From Leptolyngbyaceae cyanobacterium (GTDB lineage: Bacteria > Cyanobacteriota > Cyanobacteriia > Phormidesmidales > Phormidesmidaceae), in the NCBI GenBank assembly GCA_965263355.1, contig CBDHHL010000005.1, positions 1-12,401 of the forward strand: DNA of 12,401 nucleotides, written 5' to 3'. The first letter of the stretch is position 1; every line of letters begins with the position of its first letter. Below the pieces are notes generated by a model. It searched no databases. It was not told where the DNA came from and saw only the letters and a program-made list of their open reading frames with translations. Positions 6,697 through 12,401 of the stretch are shown here, piece after piece. A program made the position numbers and the translations under genes.

Positions 6697-7695
6697 TTAT
6701 CTCGCAGAAGATAGTTGGGTAGGTCTAAACTGTTTCCACTCAAATCGAGGAGACTCCCATAGTTTGTCAAAGATAATTGTCAAGGGAGCCAACAGAAACA
6801 ATGCCCAGAACACAGCTGTAGAGAGATAAAACTGATTGCGTAATACAAACGTCACCATGGCAATTGCTAATGCCCAGATTAATCTCGCTGGTCGGGCATT
6901 GGGAATTGATCTTGGGTCGGTCACCATAAATAGGGCAAACAACAATAGTGATCCACTGGTCATGCGGTGGGCCCATACGTCCCAGGTCCAGCCAAGGTAT
7001 AGGTTACGTAATGCTTCTAATAGGGCATAGCTGGCTAAAAACATGCCGGTGGTGTCCCAGCGTCCGACGCGCTTGAGCACCATGCCGCCTGCGCCGACGA
7101 AGATTAGGGCGTACCAGATCTCATCGCCCCACTGACCGGGGGAGACCCAGGCGTCGTTGGTGAGGGTGAGGGCAGCGATGATGCCGAGGTTGGCGGGGTT
7201 AAAAATGTGTTTGTTGTTAGTTTTGAAGATGAATTTGCTGGCGATCGCAACCCCAACGGCAAAGGCCATAGTGACGATGTGGTCGGTTCGTAGCAAAAGG
7301 CTTAGGCCCAGGGCGGTGATCAGGGGACTACGCCAGTTGAATGTCCATGTGTTCTCTAATGTCCTCCCCTTTAGAAGGGGAGGTGCCGAAGGCGGAGGGG
7401 TTTCGGTAGTTTGAGCAAGATGTCGAGCCCCCTCCCTGACGGTTCCCCTGCTAAAGGGGAACCAGTTGGTTAACTTTTCGAGGTGAAGGGTTAGCTTTTT
7501 GTGAGAGCCCAGCCAGGAAAGCAGTCCTTGGGTCGTTAGGGCTGTGAGGATGGCCGTTGCAATGATGGCGGGCTGTAGGGACCAGTCACGCATGGCGACT
7601 CCTAAGCATAGAAATAATGTCAGGCAGAGGACTTGGTAGTCGCGGGCGTCGTTGAATAGGCAAAAACGTGGTGGTCGATTTTTAGAGGCATCCAT
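6697..7695 (-). CDS. Stand-alone RnfD/NqrB-family integral membrane protein
   Basis: Multiple hydrophobic helices with the family motifs 'AIASKFIF...KHIFNPAN.G' and 'LFALFMVTDP.S.P'. The start is placed at ATG 7695 (MDASKNRP) because the 7830 ATG falls in the probable IS end. Confidence 0.85.
   Translation of the reverse strand: MDASKNRPPRFCLFNDARDYQVLCLTLFLCLGVAMRDWSLQPAIIATAILTALTTQGLLSWLGSHKKLTLHLEKLTNWFPFSRGTVREGARHLAQTTETPPPSAPPLLKGRTLENTWTFNWRSPLITALGLSLLLRTDHIVTMAFAVGVAIASKFIFKTNNKHIFNPANLGIIAALTLTNDAWVSPGQWGDEIWYALIFVGAGGMVLKRVGRWDTTGMFLASYALLEALRNLYLGWTWDVWAHRMTSGSLLLFALFMVTDPRSIPNARPARLIWALAIAMVTFVLRNQFYLSTAVFWALFLLAPLTIIFDKLWESPRFEWKQFRPTQLSSAR
7363..7463. repeat. About 100-bp composite palindromic element inside the RnfD-like CDS
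   Basis: TCCCCTTTAGAAGGGGA (7365-7381) and TCCCCTGCTAAAGGGGA (7444-7460) are inverted copies with one difference, and each is itself a hairpin. The imperfect inner stem is 7394-7405/7424-7435. Confidence 0.85.
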
Positions 7696-7827
7696 AGGCT
7701 GCTTTCCATACAGGCAACTATGGCCGCTAGTATGGCTGATGCAAAACCTGGATGTCCCCTGAGTTTCAAAAAACGAAACGAATTGAATTGCTGAACTGCC
7801 CCGTAATAGAGCATTTCTAAGATAAGA

Positions 7828-8332
7828 CATGACTTGGAAGTTTACGAGCAGAGAAAAATAACGTGTGCGAGCAGAGTTAGGTTGGCATCAGCAACTCCAT
7901 AATGAGATCAACCGACTGCCCTTGCTTTGTGAGTTGACTAATCACCTGGACCACCGGTTCGAAGGCATCCCGAGATAAGGAGTATAGTCGCTGGCCGATG
8001 GGTTACTGATTGTCATCAGCAACTTCAAACCGCTCAGATTTTTGGCCACAACGGCTGGCCTGCTGAAGCGCAGACTGCGCTACACAACTTAAGCAGAAGT
8101 AGCGTTTGACCGCTCTCTCATTGCGCAGCTGAACCTCTTCAAAGCCTGTCAGCTGTTTGGCAAACTCATAAAAGGTTTCTATCGGCCATCGAAAGGTCCA
8201 AGTAGAAAAGATACGACTGGCATCCCAATGGAGGGCATCGGTTAAGAGAAAACGAGGAGCATCACTGAGGTCTTCCGTTTCATAAACAAGTACCTTTTCA
8301 CCACTGGCCAAACTCACACTGCCCACTCTTAA
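7828..8332 (-). mobile_element. IS701-like insertion sequence remnant (3' end only)
   Basis: Transposase C-terminal fragment plus a probable terminal sequence CATGACTTGGAAGTTT at 7828-7843 (boundary inferred). No partner end is seen in the window. Confidence 0.6.
7877..8332 (-). pseudogene. DDE transposase pseudogene (IS701/IS4-superfamily-like)
   Basis: Contains the 'W..RW.IETFYEFAKQLTGFEEVQLR' signature. An in-frame TAA at 8003-8005 is followed by 41 more in-frame codons (PIGQRLYSLSRDAFEPVVQVISQLTKQGQSVDLIMELLMPT) to TAA 7877-7879. The N-terminus is missing, with an upstream TGA at 8333-8335. Confidence 0.8.
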
Positions 8333-8443
8333 TCAAGAGTACTAGATACGTTAGCCCATTTCTTAAGGCGGGAAACTTAGAAGCGATACATTGCCAACAT
8401 AGGTGCTGTAATCGTTTTGCCGTTTTAGCAGGGGTTCAAAACT

Positions 8444-9613
8444 ATGGCTGAGATTGCCCTTAGAATGCTGAGCAACAGGTTTTCGATTCCTGCCCTGATC
8501 AGGACAATCAACGACGTTATCCAAAACGAACCCACCAGCAGCATCCAGATACAGGCAAACTCTGGAGAGCACTGGTGGCTTGATTTTTATGAGGCCCAAC
8601 TATTGTGGGCTGGTGGCGGCAGCCATCGCTTTCGTCGCTGGCAGCGATTATTGCGGCAAGTCTGTCCTGAGGTTCAACCCAGCCAAGTAAAACTTCGAGA
8701 ACCTAATATATTTGAACACTGGGAATATTTCGCCCTATCGGTCCTGCTACAGCGGCAGCAGATAGATCAGGATATGATTTTCGATATTGTTCAGAAAACC
8801 CTTTTAGAGGTGCTCTTCGACATTTTTCACAGCATCGAGAATCTAGACCAAATTATCCAAACTACTCACAACCTCTCACCCATTACGCAACCCATCAGCA
8901 ATTCATCATTGTTTTACCAGGCAGGAGCCGATCTACAGTCATGGAAAACCACCAACCTGAACTATGCATCCCCGAATCTAGCCCCAGTAATTATTGATAC
9001 AGTCCGTCTACAAAAATCTACTCAACCTCGTACATATCAAGTTTTACGACAGTTTTTGCAGGGCAAACATTCACTCCGGACACTAAGCCTGATAATGGAG
9101 CACGACATGATTGCCCTAGGACGCATGTTAGAAGGTTACATCGAAAGCGATACTGTCGCGCTTAATCCAATTGCTGATTTGTCCGCCCCCTACACAGACC
9201 AAGAAACAAAAGTCCCTTTTCAGGCTGTAAAAGACCTACCACTTATATTTTGTATTGACGATAGCCCTAAAGTCAGCTATCTGATGGAAGAAACCCTAAG
9301 CACAGCTGGTTATCGCTGCATCAGCCTCCAAGATTCCGTACAGGCTCTGGTGCAAATTATTCGCCATAAGCCGCAGATGATCTTCTTGAGTTCAAACATG
9401 CCCATTGCCAATGGCTTTGAGATTTGTAAACAAATTCGTCGGGCGAAAGCCTTCTGCCGTACCCCCATTGTTATCTTGCTAGACAACGACAGCTTTATGG
9501 AACGGGCTCGGGCTAAATCTGCAGGGGCTACAACTGCTATGGTTAAGCCTATCACTCCATCTAAAGTTATAGATATAGTAAAACGAGAACTAGCTGCTCT
9601 AAAAAAATCTTAG
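8444..9613 (+). CDS. PatA-type response regulator (PATAN-like N-terminus + receiver) with degenerate phosphoacceptor site
   Basis: The N-terminal 'WWLDFYEAQLLWAGGGSHRFRRWQR' and 'WEY..L..LL' patterns are typical of the PatA family. The C-terminal receiver reads 'CIDDSP...KPQMIFLSSNMPIANGFEIC...KP'. Confidence 0.85.
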   Translation: MAEIALRMLSNRFSIPALIRTINDVIQNEPTSSIQIQANSGEHWWLDFYEAQLLWAGGGSHRFRRWQRLLRQVCPEVQPSQVKLREPNIFEHWEYFALSVLLQRQQIDQDMIFDIVQKTLLEVLFDIFHSIENLDQIIQTTHNLSPITQPISNSSLFYQAGADLQSWKTTNLNYASPNLAPVIIDTVRLQKSTQPRTYQVLRQFLQGKHSLRTLSLIMEHDMIALGRMLEGYIESDTVALNPIADLSAPYTDQETKVPFQAVKDLPLIFCIDDSPKVSYLMEETLSTAGYRCISLQDSVQALVQIIRHKPQMIFLSSNMPIANGFEICKQIRRAKAFCRTPIVILLDNDSFMERARAKSAGATTAMVKPITPSKVIDIVKRELAALKKS

Positions 9614-9698
9614 CAGCGGTCACACATGGCTGGCTGGCATCACTAGCATAGAGATGTCTTTAGCATATCAATGCCCTTTGCCTTGTCATCAGAAATCC

Positions 9699-10910
9699 AT
9701 GGAAATCAAGCAGTTGATCACGGATGCGCTGCGATTGCCGACAAATGCGATCGCATACCACATCAGCCAATCCCTAACTGAGCTGTACCCAGACCGCGAA
9801 ATGGTAGAAGGCGAGGAATGTGCCTTTGACCTGGAGGCCTATGCCCGAGACGGTCAGTGTGACATCACCCTCAAACAAGTATTTCATAACCATGTGCCCA
9901 GCTACTGGGACGGCCAATATCAGCGCACCTATCGGGAAGCCCAAAATGCCCGGTTTGAAGTCAGCTGGCAAGGCCATACATTAGATGTACTGCTTATGAC
10001 CTGGAAAGAAGGGTGGAGCGGCACTAACTATTATTGGATTCTGGCAGATACCTTTTCCCTGGCCGATAGTTTTTTTGCCGCCGTCTGCGACTGGAACTCT
10101 GAAATCCGCGACGAGTTGCTAGTGTTTCAGGATGGTTACTGGTCTAAAAATGCCAATCTCTTTAAGGAGATTCAGTCAGCCACTTTTGACAACTTAGTAC
10201 TCAGCGGCAGTCTCAAAGAAGATATTAAAACAGACCTACAAGACTTTTTTGCAGCTCGTGACACCTACGGTGAATATGGCGTTCCCTGGAAGCGTGGGGT
10301 GCTCTTAATTGGTCCTCCCGGCAACGGCAAAACCCATACAGTCAAAGCGTTAGTCAACCTGTTGGAACATCCCTGCCTCTACGTAAAAAGCTTTAAAGCT
10401 CAGCAGGGTCCAGCCAGTACCAATATTAAACAAGTCTTTCAACGGGCCAGACAGGCCGCCCCCTGTTTACTTATTTTGGAAGATTTAGATTCCCTGGTAG
10501 ATGATGAGAATCGCTCATTCTTCTTAAATGAGCTAGATGGCTTTGCCGCTAATGATGGCATTGTTACCATTGCCACCACAAACCACCCTGAAAAGTTGGA
10601 TGTAGCGATCCTGGAACGTCCCAGCCGTTTTGACCGGAAATATTACTTTAACTTACCGGCTCTAAAAGAACGGGATACCTACATCCGCCAGTGGAACGAA
10701 AAACTACGCCCGGAAATGCGTCTAACAGACGTGGCTACAGAGACACTAGCCCATGAAACAGAAGGCTTCTCATTTGCTTACCTGCGAGAGTTGCTGCTAG
10801 CCATGATGGTCCGCTGGATGCATCAGCAAACCTCTGGCGCAATGTCGTTGATTGCATCAGAGCAGTTAGCACTCCTCAAAACCCAAATGAAAAACCTCGA
10901 AACAATTTAA
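9699..10910 (+). CDS. AAA+ ATPase (single AAA module, BCS1-like signature)
   Basis: Walker A GPPGNGKT, Walker B LLILEDLD and second region of homology ATTNHPEKLDVAILERPSRFDR. The start is ATG 9699 or 9654. Confidence 0.88.
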   Translation: MEIKQLITDALRLPTNAIAYHISQSLTELYPDREMVEGEECAFDLEAYARDGQCDITLKQVFHNHVPSYWDGQYQRTYREAQNARFEVSWQGHTLDVLLMTWKEGWSGTNYYWILADTFSLADSFFAAVCDWNSEIRDELLVFQDGYWSKNANLFKEIQSATFDNLVLSGSLKEDIKTDLQDFFAARDTYGEYGVPWKRGVLLIGPPGNGKTHTVKALVNLLEHPCLYVKSFKAQQGPASTNIKQVFQRARQAAPCLLILEDLDSLVDDENRSFFLNELDGFAANDGIVTIATTNHPEKLDVAILERPSRFDRKYYFNLPALKERDTYIRQWNEKLRPEMRLTDVATETLAHETEGFSFAYLRELLLAMMVRWMHQQTSGAMSLIASEQLALLKTQMKNLETI

Positions 10911-10916
10911 CTCTCT

Positions 10917-10946
10917 CCTTGCCCCCAGGCTCTGCCTGGAGCAAGG
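10917..10946. terminator. GC-rich hairpin between convergent genes (terminator or REP-like repeat)
   Basis: CCTTGC-CC-CCAGGC-TCT-GCCTGG-A-GCAAGG, 6 bp after the AAA stop. There is no clear U-tract. Confidence 0.5.
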
Positions 10947-11013
10947 CACCCCGTGGCTCCACCATCAAATAGTATTAACACTCTTCATGACCTGAAGAAG
11001 TCTCAAAAAACAT

Positions 11014-11910
11014 TTACACATCAACTTGTGGTTTTGAAAGTAAAGACGTACTTGAATAGATCAATAATGCTGCCCAAATAAAGCTAAAGCTAACCAAATG
11101 CGTCTGCGTAAACGGTTCTCGATACAAAAATACCCCCAACACCAGCTGAATCGACGGAGCCATATACTGACAAAACCCCAACGTCGCTAACGACAACCGC
11201 TTCGCTGCATTATTAAACCAAAGCAACGGCATCGACGTCGCCACCCCAGCCCCAATAAACAACAACGTCAACCCAAAACTACTACCAAAGCTTCCAGTCC
11301 CCGTTGCTCCCCAGTAAAAAATAATCATCAACGCAACCGGAGTCATCAATGCTGTCTCGACAGCCAACCCTGGCATCGGAGCTACCGCCACTAGCTTACG
11401 CAACAACCCATACAGCGCAAAAGTACCAGCCAAACCCAACGCAATCCAGGGTACTGAACCAAATTGCCAAATAAAATAACTGACACCCACCGTAGCTAAC
11501 GCCACTGCAATCTGCTGCCCTCGGTAAAGCCGTTCCCTCAAGACAACAAATCCCAACAATACCGACACCAGTGGATTAATAAAATACCCCAGGCTAGTCT
11601 CCACTACGCGATCCGTATTCACACCGTAGATATATAGACCCCAATTAACACTTAGCAGCAAAGCTGTTACCAACAAGCCAAAAACATGACGACGTGAGAG
11701 TTTTCTCAGTTCTGACAATCGTTTTTGCAAAGTTAAGATAAGACCTAAGAACACCAGTGACCACAACATACGGTGGCTCAAAACTTCAATGGCGGACGCT
11801 GAGTAAAAAAATTTCCAATAGATGGGGAGCAGTCCCCAAGAACCGTAGGCAAGAAATGCATAGAGCGGGCCAGTTTTTGTATTCACAGGAGTTACACCGG
11901 TAGGACGCAC
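11014..11910 (-). CDS. rarD: EamA/DMT-family transporter RarD
   Basis: Motifs 'AY..WGLLPIYWK', 'HRMLWS', 'NWGLYIYGVN', 'ETSLGYFINPLV.VLLG', 'YGLLRK', 'LGF.QY.AP', with about 10 TM helices. Confidence 0.93.
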   Translation of the reverse strand: MRPTGVTPVNTKTGPLYAFLAYGSWGLLPIYWKFFYSASAIEVLSHRMLWSLVFLGLILTLQKRLSELRKLSRRHVFGLLVTALLLSVNWGLYIYGVNTDRVVETSLGYFINPLVSVLLGFVVLRERLYRGQQIAVALATVGVSYFIWQFGSVPWIALGLAGTFALYGLLRKLVAVAPMPGLAVETALMTPVALMIIFYWGATGTGSFGSSFGLTLLFIGAGVATSMPLLWFNNAAKRLSLATLGFCQYMAPSIQLVLGVFLYREPFTQTHLVSFSFIWAALLIYSSTSLLSKPQVDV

Positions 11911-11964
11911 CTCAACCTAACAAGTAAATTCTGCTGATCACCATCGACCACATTTATAGGGTTC

Positions 11965-11992
11965 TATAATTAAAAAGATGTAAACTTTTACA
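11965..11992 (+). promoter_or_regulatory. Putative -10 box with adjacent palindrome for the HHL1-like gene
   Basis: TATAAT at 11965-11970 and TGTAAA-CT-TTTACA at 11979-11992. The ATG is at 12019. Confidence 0.45.
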
Positions 11993-12018
11993 AAGCACTA
12001 ACGTTACAAGATATTCCT

Positions 12019-12401
12019 ATGGCCACCGGATTTGGCAAAGCTAACCCTAAACCCAAGGCTTCTGAAAGCACCAAACGTCGTAAAAAAGCCTCCGAGGAAA
12101 TGGATCAGCGGCGAGCCTCTGGTGACCCTGAATTTGAGGTGCATATTCGCATCAAGGATAAAAAACAGTGGTACCCAGTGGGTGTAATCGCTGTAAAGCG
12201 CTCAGCTGATATTGATAAAGCCATTTTTGCCAGTGAAGAAGACCTACTGCAGGGCGCATTTCGGATTTATCCCATCCTGCGAAAGAATAAAACTAACTTG
12301 GAATATGGCTACCGGGTCAAGGAATTTAAAGATGAGCCGATTACTGTAGCAGTGCCCCCCAAACCTGGGGTTGCGGATGGTGTCCAGGCCATTGCTCATC
12401 A
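12019..12401 (+). CDS. HHL1-like protein (homolog of plant Hypersensitive to High Light 1), 3'-truncated by the window edge
   Basis: Not in the ORF track because it has no stop. Manual translation gives MATGFGKANPKPK...PEFEVHIRIKDKKQWYPVGVIAVKRSADIDKAIFASEEDLLQGAFRIYPILRKNKTNLEYGYRVKEFKDEPI. Confidence 0.82.
   Translation, partial: MATGFGKANPKPKASESTKRRKKASEEMDQRRASGDPEFEVHIRIKDKKQWYPVGVIAVKRSADIDKAIFASEEDLLQGAFRIYPILRKNKTNLEYGYRVKEFKDEPITVAVPPKPGVADGVQAIAH

Noticed and set aside
6498..6770. 90-aa minus-strand ORF spanning the intergenic region
   Set aside because: It overlaps the RnfD-like 3' end and is largely a translation of the GC-rich repeat element.
7696..7830. 45-aa N-terminal extension of the RnfD-like ORF
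   Set aside because: It starts inside the probable IS end and does not resemble the family. ATG 7695 is more plausible.
8325..8340. ACTCTT-AATC-AAGAGT palindrome at the transposase truncation point
   Set aside because: The arms are only 6 bp, it does not match the 7828-7843 end, and it is plausible by chance.
7241..9754. HIP1 octamers GCGATCGC at 7241-7248 and 9747-9754
   Set aside because: Ordinary for cyanobacteria. Only two were noticed, so they are informative for taxonomy only.
8363..9977. Minus-strand ORFs at 8363, 9310 and 9774
   Set aside because: Antisense shadows of the PatA-like and AAA genes.
11980..11991. NtcA-binding site
   Set aside because: The spacing is GTA-N6-TAC, not the required GTA-N8-TAC.

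Overview
This 12.4-kb window looks like filamentous-cyanobacterial chromosome (Leptolyngbya-like, inferred from gene content). In order it holds the 3' part of sufR, two small hypothetical genes (one TPR-like), a DnaJ/pentapeptide-repeat protein and a family-5 ABC solute-binding lipoprotein. Next come a co-oriented pair (stand-alone RnfD/NqrB-like membrane protein plus secreted DUF2330 protein), a decayed IS701-like transposase, a PatA-type regulator whose receiver lacks the phosphoacceptor Asp, a BCS1-like AAA+ ATPase, rarD and the 5' part of an HHL1-like gene that is absent from the ORF track. The best candidate for an undescribed system is the RnfD-like + DUF2330 (CxxC) module, a possible minimal trans-membrane redox relay to the periplasm. 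The window also has several REP/SDR-like palindromic elements, one sitting in frame inside the RnfD-like gene, and a triple 10-mer repeat upstream of the DnaJ-pentapeptide gene. All family calls come from motif recognition, not database searches.
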